Source of the DNA: Craspedostauros australis
Taxonomy: Eukaryota
Length of the DNA stretch: 64,000 bases
Direction of reading: 5' to 3'
Assembly (NCBI GenBank): GCA_030167865.1
Contig: JALAGF010004118.1
Span: forward strand, 1 to 64,000
Shown here: piece after piece, positions 1 to 12,611 of the stretch
How the letters are laid out: each line of letters starts with the position of its first letter
Numbering within the stretch: position 1 is the stretch's first letter
The notes under the pieces: model-generated
What the model saw: only the letters and a program-made list of their open reading frames with translations
What the model was told of the DNA's origin: nothing
Databases searched by the model: none
Program-made: the position numbers and the translations under genes

Positions 1-83
1 GTTGTTGCACTGGTGCTGGTTGTTGCACTGGTGCTGGTTGTTGCACTGGTGCTGGTTGTTGCACTGGTGCTGGTTGTTGCACT
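1..83. repeat. 18-bp tandem repeat (GTTGTTGCACTGGTGCTG)n, ~4.7 copies, runs off the window start
   Basis: Perfect 18-bp periodicity read directly. One minus frame gives PAPVQQ repeats. Confidence 0.95.
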
Positions 84-289
84 GCTTCTGCCAATTCATG
101 AAGTGCTGCCTCCAATGGGCTTGTTGTTGTAGTTCTTGTTGTTTCGCAAGCCGTGATCTTGCGTAGAGGATTCTGCTGCGTCGTGTCCGTGGCCGTCCTG
201 CCCGATGCGCAGGTGTGCGACGCAAAGCCACGGATGGTGGGTGAAACGCGGGACGATGCGTGTACTGTTGCTTGATCTCAAGCGCCCTG

Positions 290-1330
290 GGTGTTGCCTC
301 CACACAGTCTGGAAGCAGCCCCTGCATCTCCAATTGCTCTTTCTTCATTTGCGGGATTTCGCGGTTGTTGTCTCCTTCATGTTCGATGATATGATTCATC
401 ATGGTTTGGAGACTCACAAAGACTCGCACGAGTTTGGAGGATTCATACGCATCAAACACTTCCTCCACGCGCGCAATCAGCTGATCAACTGCCATGGTCC
501 GAACCTTCAATTGGATAGATTGCAAGCTTCAGAACAAGCCCAGGTCAAGCACATTCAGGTCAGGGCTCCTTGCAGGCTGGGTGACAAGCTTGGGTGACAA
601 GCTCGATTGACCTGTCCCCCATTCTTTGTTGTACATATCAACAAAGAACACCTTGTAAGATTCCCAGATCATCGCAAAGCCTTTGCCAGGCAAATGAGAC
701 GAGGTGCCATCTTGCTGGATACGTACCGGATATTGGCCAGCTGGCAACTTCTCCAGAATAGCAGGAATGACCTTGTCCAACAACAGGTCAGTGTACGTCT
801 CTTTTGTGACCAACATCGAATGCCAAATCAGGGTACCTTTTCTCGATTCTTGGAGGTTCGCAGAGCTGATTTCTCTTCTCCGATCGGCCAACAACCGATC
901 TTCCCATCAAACCACTCTCCAGACACAGGATCCATGGGCAGCTTTGCAACAGCAGCAAGGAACATCATCTTTTGGGTGGTTGTGGTGGAGGTATTCCATA
1001 ATGGTGTGGTAGATCCTCTCCGATCACCCACCATCTGCCTGAACATGGCTTGTGCACAAAGAACCACTTCTTGTCCACATGCACAACATCGTCCAAGCTC
1101 CTGAATTTGCCATCATCAGCAATGTGGTTGAGGCAGAGCTGCAGACAATTTGCTTTGTGCACATCTGATAATCCAAACTTGTTCTTAATGGTGCGATTCT
1201 GAACAATCTTCATGTCATGGAGGGTAGAGGATGGTACACCAATGGCAGCAGCAGAGGAGTGAAAGAGCACTATCGCAACAACCACAAGGTGATAGCAAAA
1301 GCAAAGCACCATGCTGGGATTCGAACCTGG
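290..1330 (-). mobile_element. Degenerate Tc1/mariner transposase (plant/oomycete DD39D-like group), pseudogene
   Basis: Motifs occur in the correct order across three minus frames: AAAIGVPSSTLH (HTH), DDVVHVDKKWFF (first Asp), KMMFLAAVA...WFDGKIGCWP, DKVIPAI...IQQDGTSSH (second Asp), QPARSPDLNVLDLGLF (third Asp). After an in-frame TGA comes the typical C-terminus SLQSIQ...VDQLIARVEEVF...VFVSLQTMM...GDNNREIPQMKKEQLEMQGLLP. There are several frameshifts and no TIRs were identified. Confidence 0.92.
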
Positions 1331-2828
1331 AACCTCAGTGAGAATTTCTGGTGCTCTGTTGTTGAGCTACAGGCATTGCAGTTGCTGAAACGGGCACATG
1401 CGAAATTAATAGATAGTGGGGGCTACGGGAGAAACGCAATTAGCACTATACGGATTTGTGCTAATAAATTCTGCTGTTGTTGGAACTTCAAGTGGATGGG
1501 ACGCTTGTGCACCTGTGCCAATCGGCACCTATGGAACAACAGATGCACACCGTCTGTCCCATGGGCAGTGAATGGAAAGAGAAAGAAAATGAATGAACAA
1601 AGAGACGAAGGAGACAAGAAGGGAAAGATGGCAACAACGCCACAATTGGGGTGAGAACTGTCGCGGCGAGCGAACGCTTCCTCGACTCGCGAACATGCAG
1701 CAGAGCAAAGCATGGCGAATACAACCACCTCCACTCACTTACCTATAATAGTACTCCTCTTTGCCATTGCGATGCTGCTCCAGCCTCCAGCTTGGAGGAC
1801 AAGCTATCACAGGGAATTTGTTTTTGGGGTTTTGTGGGCCACTCGATGATGTGACTTGCGTCTTTGTTCATCGAGTGGCGCAGAAAAACTCCAAAACATA
1901 TTCCCATGGTAGCCTGGCCTTCAGGATGGAGGGCGGAGGTGAGGTGTTGACCTGCATGTGTATTGTGTGTACTAGTCCTCACATGCTGCATCTTTGACCA
2001 CATGACTACAACCACACATTAGTGAGAAGCAGCAGCAGCAACAACAACAACAGGCCATGGGGCAGAGAAAAGGTGCTGAGAGGGATCTGCGCTCTGTTTA
2101 CCCTCCACCCAAACAAGCGCTTCTCGTTGAGGCAGAGGCGACAATGGGTCGCAGGCTGTGTAGTATCTTTCCTTCGCACTTCACGCTGCACCAAAACAGA
2201 CGACAACACATCACAGCAGATTCTGGGCAGATGCCAGCAAAATAGAGACAGCAGATTCAATTAGAGTAATTGTAGAATGCATCGTCGAGTAGAGTTGAGC
2301 AGATACAAGTACAGCATCACAAGTCACAATCATTGGTGTGGGTTGCTCTACATGTACTCTACCACCTCCTTGCTTCCACAGCAGTCACCTCCTGTGTCCC
2401 CCAACTCTCACCGCTGTGGATGTGCACGAGCGCGGTATCTGTTGCTCTGGTCGTAGAAGTGGCAGAGTGGTGAATTACCTCTTTGAGGACTCACGGAGCT
2501 GTGTACCACTCTGATTCCCCATTTTCCTACTTGTAATAGATCATGCACTCTACCCAATACCTGCTATGACTATTGCTACTTGTATGTGGTACTGCTCATA
2601 CTAGTCATGGAGAGATGTGAGAGTCGCTCCACTTTTGTCTTGTGCTATCTTGCCTACTGTCTGCGAATCGTCCCACAAAGAAGGGACACATAAGGCAGAA
2701 TCGCGCGAAATTATACGGTGTTTGTTCGTGTGGTGGGATGTCACACAGGTGGCTGAGGGAGCAATGGCTGCAGTGCTCTCCAGGCTTGACGTGCCACATG
2801 ATGCGGTCAACTCATCATACTCTGTGTG

Positions 2829-2829
2829 C

Positions 2830-2878
<49 letters not shown>

Positions 2879-2888
2879 GGCAGACAGA
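2829..2888. repeat. (CAGA)n microsatellite, ~14 units with one interruption
   Basis: Read directly from the sequence. Confidence 0.95.
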
Positions 2889-3539
2889 GAGTGGTTCACA
2901 GAGCTGCTTCCTCTCTACAACCTATCTCCTCCATTTCTGTGGATGTGCCTGCTTTGTTTTGGCTTGTCTTGTGTGATGAGCGACAGTATTTGAGAGCATG
3001 ACTGTGTCCGCAAGCAGTCATTGCGTCCCTTGCTCGCATCGAGCTGAAGTGGTATCGATAAAGCACAGAGCCAACACGCTGTTCTTTCTCTTTCTGCCGC
3101 AATCACCACACTGCAGCGGATGTCTATCATATGTACGAGCAGAAACCAAATCTTGTGGAAATGGGGACACGTCGTCACAACATGAAACGAGCGACATGGC
3201 TGCAACACCGACACCAGCCTCAAGACCTATTCACATTATGCTTTATTCCACACAGCTCTCTCTTGTGTTCTGGCTTAGTTGTGCATTTGAATTGTATCCT
3301 GAGTCAATACGAACCTGAAATGGTCAGATCATGAGTGAATAGCTCAACGAGAAACAAAAATGAGGATGTACAAAAGCGCTGGGTGCTGTAGACAAGGTAC
3401 CACAGAAGAATGATGGCACTGTGAGACAGCTACTGGCCTGAGTCAGTTGAACTTGAAGCTGCAAAGATCCTAACCAATCTATGCAGAACACAGGAGTACA
3501 GGAACAACAGTTTGGGCAAGACCAAAGGCCAGAGTGTAA

Positions 3540-4095
3540 GCTCACAACTCTAAAGCTTGTAATAGCATTTGAGTTTCAACAGAGTTTACAGTGAACGCCT
3601 CCTCCTTGATCTGATCAATCACAGAAGGACATGTTCTTCCTACAATACAACCAATTCTCAAGTCTATCAGGGATGGGGCACCAAACATGGTATTCACCAG
3701 AGGTTTCCTGTTGTCCAGTTTGAATGGGTTCTCGCAAATGATGTAGGAAAGTGGCACATCAGAGGATCCAAGAGTGTTCTCCAGATAGATTCAAATGTCT
3801 TTGAGAGTCTCCCTGATGCTGTCCACCTTGGTGAGACAATTGGGCATGTCTAGTGCAGCTGCCTCATTGATGCGTTCTTCTTCCTGGAACAGCATCCACA
3901 AGGTGGCCAAGCATGTCATGGGGCCTTCCACTGCGGATACATTCGCACAGCTGTTTGAGATCGTCATCAGTGAACATGAGGAGATGGTCAAATGGGGATA
4001 GCCCTTGTTCGTTGAGTGCGACCCCCGATATTGTTGTTCGTGAAGCTCAGGGTGTTGGTGAGATAGTCATGGATCTTGTCGTTGTTTGCCAACAT
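3540..4095 (-). mobile_element. Degenerate gag remnant of a Ty1/copia LTR retrotransposon (diatom CoDi-like)
   Basis: Minus frames give YLTNTLSF.../VALNEQGLSPFDHLLMFTDDDLKQLCECIR and ETLKDI*IYLENTLGSSDVPLSYIICE. These resemble my recollection of diatom copia gag motifs (QG..FDDL...DDDI..LC..IR; G..GVPLSYVIR). Stops and frameshifts are present; no pol or LTR was seen. Confidence 0.6.
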
Positions 4096-4489
4096 GGTTG
4101 GGTTCGTTTTGGTTGGTACGGGTATGATGTGTATGTGTGTGAGTGAAAATGAGGTTGAGGGGTGAGGACAAAAGATACAGAATGGAGACAGAAACCACAC
4201 TGGGACAACGAGTGTTTTGTCTGATATGGATTTTCGATGTCTGGTGTGTGCTTTGTGTTGTCAACCCACGATGAGAAACACAGATCTGGCAACAGGGCAC
4301 AAGGATCCTTCACTAAGCGAGGCATATGTCTCAATGGGGCTTCCACATGACCTACAGTCGGCGCGTCCACCCGTTGTCATCCGCACCGCGCAGAAGCGAA
4401 CGATGGGATTAAATAGAATCGCAAATTGGGCAGTCTTCTGTCATAAAAAAATCTTGTAGCAATCATCATGCCACGAAAGAAGGGTGGAG

Positions 4490-6871
4490 ATGCCAGACAG
4501 CTCATCTACAAGCATTCAAAGGGCAGTACTATCTGGTTTTGGGAAGCCCACAGACTGTAACAGCACTTCGCATTTCTGACGAAGTACGCATACAAGAACT
4601 TTGCTGCAGGATGGAAAAAATTAAGTCACAGTTGCTACTAAATAAGACCTTTTTTGGTAAGTTGGAGTACAATGAGCATGGTTATCTCTCCTGTGATGCT
4701 CAGCTTTATGTGGTGCAAGCCTTCTCAAACTCCGTATTTCTTTCCTCACTCCCCTCTCATGGATGCCAATCACTGCTTCTCTTCGTCCTTGTTGTGCGCA
4801 GACAACGGGAAACCCAGTCCCAATGCCAGTAGCAGCCTTGGCTTCGACCTGTGCCCATTGGATGCGCCAGACAGGTTTGACAACACCAAGCCAGCCCATA
4901 CTCCCAACAACGCACCATCTCCTCCCACACTTCCAATCACTGCCACTGCCACCTCAACGGTAGCAGCCAGACCCACAGCATGAAAGAACAGTCCCAACTG
5001 TGCTTCACATACTGTCCAACTACCAATGGATGATATTTCGGAATCTCTGAGATTGGAAAGTTCGCGACGTGACATTGACGATGACTTCTGGAACGAAAAA
5101 ATTTAAGATGTCATTGCCAATTACCAGAAGAATCCTTGCAGCACAACCACACCACCAGTGATTCAAGACCCACTCAAAGAACGCTTCTCACAGTTCTTCG
5201 CGATTTCCGAGAAGGACAAGGTGAAAGAGTTTTGCGTGCTTCCGAAGACCATCAAACTCTTCCATATGTCACAAACTTGGATGCCAGTGGGACAAGTGTA
5301 TCGCATGCTGGGCATTGATTGTTATCTACCTGCAGCAGCGACACCAACCAATGCTGAGGTGACAATCCAGTACCATGAGGTTGATGAAGTACAACGGCCA
5401 TTTGTGGTGCTGTTGTACACCCTACCCAAAGTGCTTGGCGGACCTGGCGGAGCCGCGCAAGTCTTTGCTTCGCATCCGACCAACAGTGCAAAATGTTCGT
5501 GCCAATGTCCTTCCCAATTGATACTTGGTTCTGTGGCACTCCATGTCACACTGTCAAGGGGGCTGTGATCTTGTGCCACACTGTGAAAGTCAACAGTGAC
5601 CGTGAGCATGAACATCTCATCTTGACTGTTCGTTTGAAGGAGCAAACAACGCTTGTGGGCATAACATGCCGTTTTTTGGAGGAGGACGACGACAATGCTC
5701 ATGTACGGAAGCCTGATTCTATTGGTGCCAGCTCAAAACCCCACAGCGGCATCACATTTCCTCACATAAATCTCAGCACCATCACTATCGCCAACACCAA
5801 CACTGAACACACAGACACAATCCCAACAGCAGCATCCCACTCCAACAATAATCATCCACAATGGACCCTCCCACCAGCCACATCGCCAACTCCAACTCCA
5901 GTGCCAGTGCCAGCACCTATGATTGACATGACAGATGTCCACTTTGTCATGTCAGAAGCAACTTCTATTCTGCAGTCAGAGCTGGAAGTGCAGCAAATCC
6001 AACTTGCTGCTGCAGAGACGAAGCTGGCGCTCTATCGACAGGAACGACACGAGAAGAGGCTCCACGACACAGGACACCAACCAAGCTCCCCATCGAAGAA
6101 ACCGTTCGTCCACTATGGTTCATTGCTCATAATTTCGAGCACTTCTGCTAATGGCAATCACCATGACACCCGAGCAATTGATTATGAGGATCTGACACTT
6201 GATGGGGACCTCGGAAACGAGCTCAACCTGTCTCAGATCATCCCAACCGCAGCCACACCTACTGCAGGAGAAGCAGGAGCATCCAACATGCCAGCTCCAC
6301 TGCCACAAGTTGCTTGTGTATCAACAGCACGAGTTGGTGGAAACACACCACCACCATCACCACCACCACCATCACCACCACCACCATCACCACCACCACC
6401 ATCACCACCACCACCATCACCANNNNNNNNNNNNNNNNNNNNNNNNNNNNNNNNNNNNNNNNNNNNNNNNNNNNNNNNNNNNNNNCACCACCACCACCAT
6501 CACCATCACCACCACCATCACCACCACCACCACCACCATCACCACTAGCCACGGCTAGAGCAGCAACAGCAATAGGAGAAGCAGCAGGAAGAGGAGGAGT
6601 TTCCAGAAGCACACCACTACCATCGCCAACCGCAACAGGAGCAGCAGTAGCAGTGAGAGGAGGACGAGTTTCTGGAAACACACTGCTGGCATCGCCAACC
6701 ACAGTAGAAGTAGCAGGAGGAAGAGGACAAGGACGAGGACGAATTTCTGGAAACACACCACTACCAGCAATCATGGAAGGGGCAGAAGCAGAAACAGGAG
6801 ATGGAGAAGTCACCAGCAGCCATGAGGACACCGATGGGATCGCTCAAAACCTACCAGGAGATACTGATTGA
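4490..6871 (+). pseudogene. Fragmented coding-like region of unknown family ending in Ser-Pro4 (SPPPP) repeats
   Basis: Consecutive + ORF pieces in shifting frames (4539-4832, 5158-5568, 5493-6422, then 6486-6871 after the gap) with globular-looking peptide followed by Pro-rich repeats. CpG-poor like the neighbouring TE relics. Confidence 0.4.
6347..6546 (+). repeat. 15-bp (CCACCACCATCACCA)n array interrupted by a 63-N assembly gap (6423-6485)
   Basis: Read directly; encodes PPPSP repeats on +. Confidence 0.95.
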
Positions 6872-8061
6872 AGTACAGTGGGCCATGGAGAAACTTCAAC
6901 TGTGCCAACATCAGAAGCAGGTAAACAACTAGTGGCAATAGCAACAGCTGCAGTTGAAAAGCCAAATGACCAGGTGAACAAGAAAGCGGAAGCAGCAGTA
7001 GTGGCGCCCCAATCACGGTAGAAGGTGAAGGAAGCACAACAAGCAGACAGCATCTCATGCAACTCAGGAAGGAAAGGAAGACACCAAGGAAACATCATGT
7101 GGGAGACAGAGATAACCCCAGCCAGGCACAGTTGCATGAGCGCCATGGAAATGAATAGGAGAAATACTGAACAATGCGCGAGTTTGTGGCACACTAGCAA
7201 CATTAGCAAACAATTCAGAATAAATCGAGATCCTGCATTGGCTTCAAAAGTCGGAAATTTTACTTAGCATATTCTGTGCAAGAACGTCACTTTGGTATCC
7301 CTCGTAGCTTGCCACCATGTTGTCTACTATTTCCATAGTTCTACTTTGGGTGCAGAACATGCTAGGTGTGAAAAAATTAGGCATATTAACGGATCAATAT
7401 GGTAAATTTTATTTGATTTACACACATGGCGAAGTTTCAATACTTCGGATAACCCTCGATTTGTCGTTCTCCTCCCCTTGAGTGCCTGGTTTGGCCAATC
7501 GCTTGATCAGGTCCGCCCCGATGTCCAACAAACTCTCACGATAACAACATTGCGGATCTGCGTTTTGGCAGGAAGCACGACGAAACCACCAGAAGAAACT
7601 CTATGGGTCCTGTAGTCGTGATACCAGACGCTTCGACAATGTACCAATCACGAACAGTGTTCACATTAAATGACATGTCCGTTAATGTACATGTTCGATT
7701 TAATTTGGTACTACATGTGGAGTTTCCAAATCACCACATTCTTGACTGTACTCATTCAGGCCTTTCTGCAGTTCGTGTTTCGGTTCAGTCTTGTCATGTG
7801 AGATCAATCATGTCCAACCAACCAACACCACACGAAACCAAGAAAACCGGCCCAAAATGGTGAACGGCACCAATCATCCCTCCAACAACACCGCACTCGT
7901 GTGGCGCGCACAATACTTCAGAACAACGAAAGAGCAACAACAAGGCCATCGAACAACCAATCAAACAGGCAACGGGTAGGACCGGCGTTTGGTGATAATT
8001 CACAGAGAGATCGATCTCGCAGAATAGCTTAGAGCAGAGGATAATAGATTACACATCCATC

Positions 8062-9290
8062 ATGTCCGCATCAGCAACGACGACGAACGTCAGCATGACA
8101 GGTGCCGACCCGGCCGTCATGGAAGCCATCGGCCGCGGCAACGCCGTCGTATTCTTCGACATCGTCTTGGGTGGTGAAGATCCATCTGGCAGAACGCAAT
8201 CCTCATCGGATGCGGCGCCGCTCGGACGGATCAAGGTTGAGCTCTTTGTAAAAGATGTAAGTGGCCCTTGACTGCCTGTGGAATTGCATGAGGCCTCGAT
8301 CACTGAGTGCTCTGAATGCTGCTATCGTACGATATTCATTCCTCTCACACGGACCGACCGCCATCCATTACATGCTACTCTTCCTCGTATCTTCGTTTCG
8401 TCTCGACGACCCGTCTCTATTACTCTACACGATGTCATTATGTTCTACCATACCATACAACAATCCGACAGTGTCCCAAAACATGTGAAAACTTCCGTCA
8501 ATTCTGCACAGGGGAATATCTGAAAAATGAACAGCCCACGGGATACAAGAACTCCATCTTCCATCGCGTCATTAAGGGTATGTGAACAATATGTCAGTGC
8601 AGTTGTCGTTGTCGAAGCAGAAATAGAGAGAGAAGATTGCCGCATTGCTTGCTGTGCGCGCATGAATGCTCCAGACATCGTTTCCTGACACAGCACACTG
8701 TCTGTTTGTCTCCATCTTCCCTTCCATCTTCCTGCATCCGGTCATATGTGACACAGACTTCATGGTACAGGTAAGTTGCTCGAAGATGACCTCCGCAACG
8801 AACACTCATTCTCCCAATCAAAAAGCAGAGATGCGCATTGATGTGAAACTTGGAGTATTCTTTTCAAGAACAAACTGCTTCGTCTCCTGATCATCCCCTC
8901 GCTCATTCTTCAACTCGTTTCCACTGCATTGAATTCCCTGCAACGCTATTACGCAAAAACAAACCAAAATCTCAGGGCGGCGACTTCATCAAACATGATG
9001 GAACGGGCAAGACCAACATCTACAATGGCACATCGTTCGCGGATGAGAACTTCATGCACAAGCACACGGAACCGGGGATGCTGTCGATGGCCAACTCTGG
9101 ACCCAACAGCAACGGGTGCCAATTCTTCATCACATGCGCCAAGGCAGATTGGCTGGATGGGAAGCACGTCGTGTTTGGAAAAGTGTTGGACGATGAGAGC
9201 ATGTTGACGGTGCGAAAATGTGAGGCAGTTCCTTTGAATGGCACGCAGCCAAGACTCCCTCTGAGGGTTGTGGAATGCGGGGAGCTGTGA
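8062..9290 (+). CDS. PPIH: Cyclophilin-type peptidyl-prolyl isomerase, cyclophilin H-like; exons 8062-8256, 8472-8577, 8757-8770, 8976-9290 (209 aa)
   Basis: VVFFDI...[71 protein letters not shown]. All introns are GT-AG and the spliced length of 630 nt is in frame. RQFCTGE and NGCQFFIT are typical of cyclophilin H. Confidence 0.9.
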
Positions 9291-10105
9291 GGATGGACTA
9301 TGGTACACACATTATGCGGATCGTGGTGGTGCTACTGCGGGTTCCGTTCCAACCGCTGGTGACAGTGGCCGTCGCGATCTGCTCACTGAATCAGTAGCGG
9401 CAGCATTTTTCGTCCAAGACTACGAGTATTGAGAACAGAGGACTGCAAACTTGTCCGTGTGCAAACGCATGCATTGCAAAGAGGGTGCAGCAGGACTTGC
9501 ATCAGAGGAAATCTACATCGAGCAGAGCACTCAATTCGCGCGTACGAGTGCCCGATGTACAATACCAGATGTAGACAGCGACAGCAGATAGATGATCAAG
9601 ATGGCGGCAAGCTCCCTTCTTCTGTTTGTTGGATCTGAAAAAGCGATGTTTTGGTTTATGCGGTCTCTCTCTGTGTGGAGATGTCCCTCGCGGTGGAGGT
9701 GTATGGTCGCATACTCCAGCGCTTCCAATTCGCGTTCGTACTCGCACTGGTGTGGTCGTAGTCACTATCCATCAGTTCACTGTTATCATGTGGGAGACCA
9801 GAAGAACAATGTTGCTGATTTTCAAATCGTAGCGGTTCTCTACAGAGACTTGATTGCTTGGCTATTTCGTTTGTTGCTGTTTGCTCATTCCCCTGCTCCA
9901 ATTCATGATGTGCGAGCTTGTTCGGTCGAATCGATTAGAACACTGTGTACGAGTACGATGGTAGCCGAAGCATGATACCATGATGGATATCGCCAACACT
10001 TTCATGCTGAGACAAAGGTGACAGAGTGAAGGTTACATTGAGACCAACCAAAGACGCGCGAGACAGAGATAGATAGACGGCAGATGCTTCAGCATGCCTG
10101 CCGCT

Positions 10106-11355
10106 CTATTTCTTCTTCTTGCCCGATGCGCGCGATCCCTTGGCGAAGACTGCCAAATCACCATCGTCATCATCGTCATCTCCCCCCTTCTTCTTGCCCT
10201 TTCCTTGCGGCTTGCTCTTGTTCTTGGCCGCCTGCTTCTCCTCTTTTCTCTTTTCTGCGGCCAGTCTTTGCTGGAGGTGATGCTTCTTCTTGGCCTGCAG
10301 CTTGGCCTTGGCCTCGGCCTTTTCGTCCTTCCCGGAGTCGTCGCCCTGCAGTTCGCGTGCGATGTCATCCATGGCCTTTGCATCCATATTTTGCAACTTC
10401 TTGTCTTGGACTGTTCGTTGAACGCGGTAGGGTATGTCAGAGTCGCCGTCGTTGCCGTTGTCGGTGGTATTTGTGTTGCAAGCAGAGGGTGCAGTTGGGA
10501 GCACAGGTGCATGTTCGGGGTGAGGTAGAAGAAGAGGACAATTCGGCAACGCAGAAGAGCAATGCATCATGAGTTATCCCGATGCGTTCATGATTGATCC
10601 TGTGATTGTGCATGCGGGCAAGAGGTTGCATCATTGCACAGAAGAGCTGCACATCGAGGCAAACTCAGGTCAACAGCACGACGAAGAGCGTAGCATCTCC
10701 ACTCCCCGATCGACGGACGCAAGAGAGAGGATGCACCATCATCAGCATCAACATCATCGTGGTCGCATCGCAGAGACGCTCACAATGCAACTCACTGGTC
10801 TTTATTTGCATCTTGGCGTAGATCAGCAAGCCCACGACCCCAAGGATCGGCGCGCCATATTTCAATGGGACGTATGTGAAGAAGGCCTGTGCGAGCGAGT
10901 TGGAACACCAGCAGAGTGTCATGCGTATGTGTGTACGAGTGCGGCACATCACGGCCATGGCACCAATGCGAGTAGATGCCGAGACAAGTGCATTGAGATG
11001 GTGTGAGATTGAGGCATTGTTGGTGGATTACCGGTGATCGCAGAGCAGCATTGGGCGATTTGCCACATCATGATGGCGGGCCACAAGACTGGCATTGCCA
11101 ACCTTGATGCATCGGCGTCCGCGCTTCTCATCGACGGCATCAAACATCTTGCATCAATCCACGGCCGTTCTGTCCATGGCAATACAACAGTTCACAACCC
11201 AAGGAAGGACCACCCAAGGAAAGGATGCCAGCCGAATAACTCACGCCGAGGGAGCAGACCAGGATCAGCGGCAGAGAGAACGCCAAGTTCTCCGTGGTGA
11301 GGAAGACATTTCCGCCCGCGTTGGTGTTGGTGGTGGTGGTGCTGCTGCTGCTCAT
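10106..11355 (-). CDS. Small membrane protein of unknown function with two hydrophobic segments and a Lys-rich tail; exons 11355-11245, 10886-10796, 10410-10106 (168 aa)
   Basis: Two GTGAGT donors and CAG acceptors join MSSSS...LAFSLPLILVCSLG|AFFTYVPLKYGAPILGVVGLLIYAKMQIKT|IQDKKLQNMDAKAM...KKKK in frame (507 nt). Confidence 0.75.
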
Positions 11356-12611
11356 TCTTGCTGCTCTGCTTTGTTGTTGAGTCTAGAGTAGTGTGTCTTG
11401 CTCCGATCTGTCACGTTCTGCTTTGTCTGTGGATGATGTGGTGCGATGCGATGGTGATACGATATTTGATTGCTTGCTTGCTTGTTCTGGAGAGATGTGC
11501 GAAGGTCAGGCTCCTGGCCGCCAAGGAGCAGGAGGATGGCGCCCTCTTGATCCTCTCTCTCTCTGCCTCTTCTTGTGGCCGACAAACCTTTCTGCCGCCA
11601 AAGGGTTCGTGTCAAACCAATTCAAAAAGTCTCTGACAACAGATCTTCGACTCAGGCGACTCCATTTGTTGGATTTGAAACAAGAGGGACAAACACCAAC
11701 CAAACAATCGCTCATCGAGGACGTCGCAGCACCTTCTCACAAGGCACAGATGCAACCATCAACAAGGCACCACATCCGAGGCAAGAGAGAGGCGTGATGA
11801 TGGTTCACAAAAAGCAGGACGAGTTACATCCATAGCGACACTAATAGAGTTGTACGTACCGCAAGCAAGGGATGGCCAGCATGAAATAAGTAGAGAGAGA
11901 GAGACCATGGTGACATCGTGGTGTCGGACTGGTGACATGCCATCGATGCTTCCTCTCGGTGAATGTGGAGGTACGCCACACTGCATCCAGTCAAAGAACA
12001 CAACATCGTGGAGTCAGCAACTATCCACTTGCACATACATGCATGCACATACATGCATGCACACCCAGCGCCTTTGAACCCGTCACCGAACATCCGTTTC
12101 ATGATGAGCCGAAACCATCTGGCAGATTAGATCCTATTTGTTTGATGTGAGATTTGCTCTCGCATCCATTTCCATGGTACGATTGGGGCTTTTGATTCAA
12201 ACAGACAACACAAACTCACTCACTCACTCTTTTGCTCTGGTTCGATTCTATTCCATTCAATCCTTCAACAATGTGCTCTTGTGCTGGGTATAATAGATGG
12301 TGTCTTGTGCAAGAGGATCTTGACGTGCGTATCGTAGGAAGGCAAGGCCGACAAGCAAGTCATCTCACACCTGTTGTTCGCAACGCCCACAATGGGCAGT
12401 CGGAGCTATCACGTATTCTACATGCGAAGAGAGTTCTATCATTCGTTGCTGGGTACGCCACGGCATGGCATGACTTCGTGTTTGTGTTTACGCGATGTTT
12501 CTGGATTGGGCCAGGCAAGTGCCAACAATCTCGTGTTGTGTTCATAGTGATTGGTGTAAGACCGATCAGGTGCCATGGCATTCCTGTTGTGAATCGTATG
12601 TAATGCACGTG

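Noticed and set aside
1-83. CRISPR-like array (also 53600-53721)
   Set aside because: Head-to-tail repeats without unique spacers, or only two units. Eukaryotic context with no cas genes.
1305-1340. GGTTCGAATCC (tRNA T-loop/B-box) on the minus strand
   Set aside because: The T-stem has two mismatches, no acceptor, D or anticodon arms can be folded, and it lies at the edge of the transposase relic.
1750-1762. TACTCCTCT as a possible mariner TIR
   Set aside because: Poor match to CTCCCTCCG, wrong orientation for the adjacent element's end, and no partner found.
6199-6558. Poly-His and poly-Thr ORFs
   Set aside because: These are alternative frames of the CCACCACCATCACCA array, read across an N gap.
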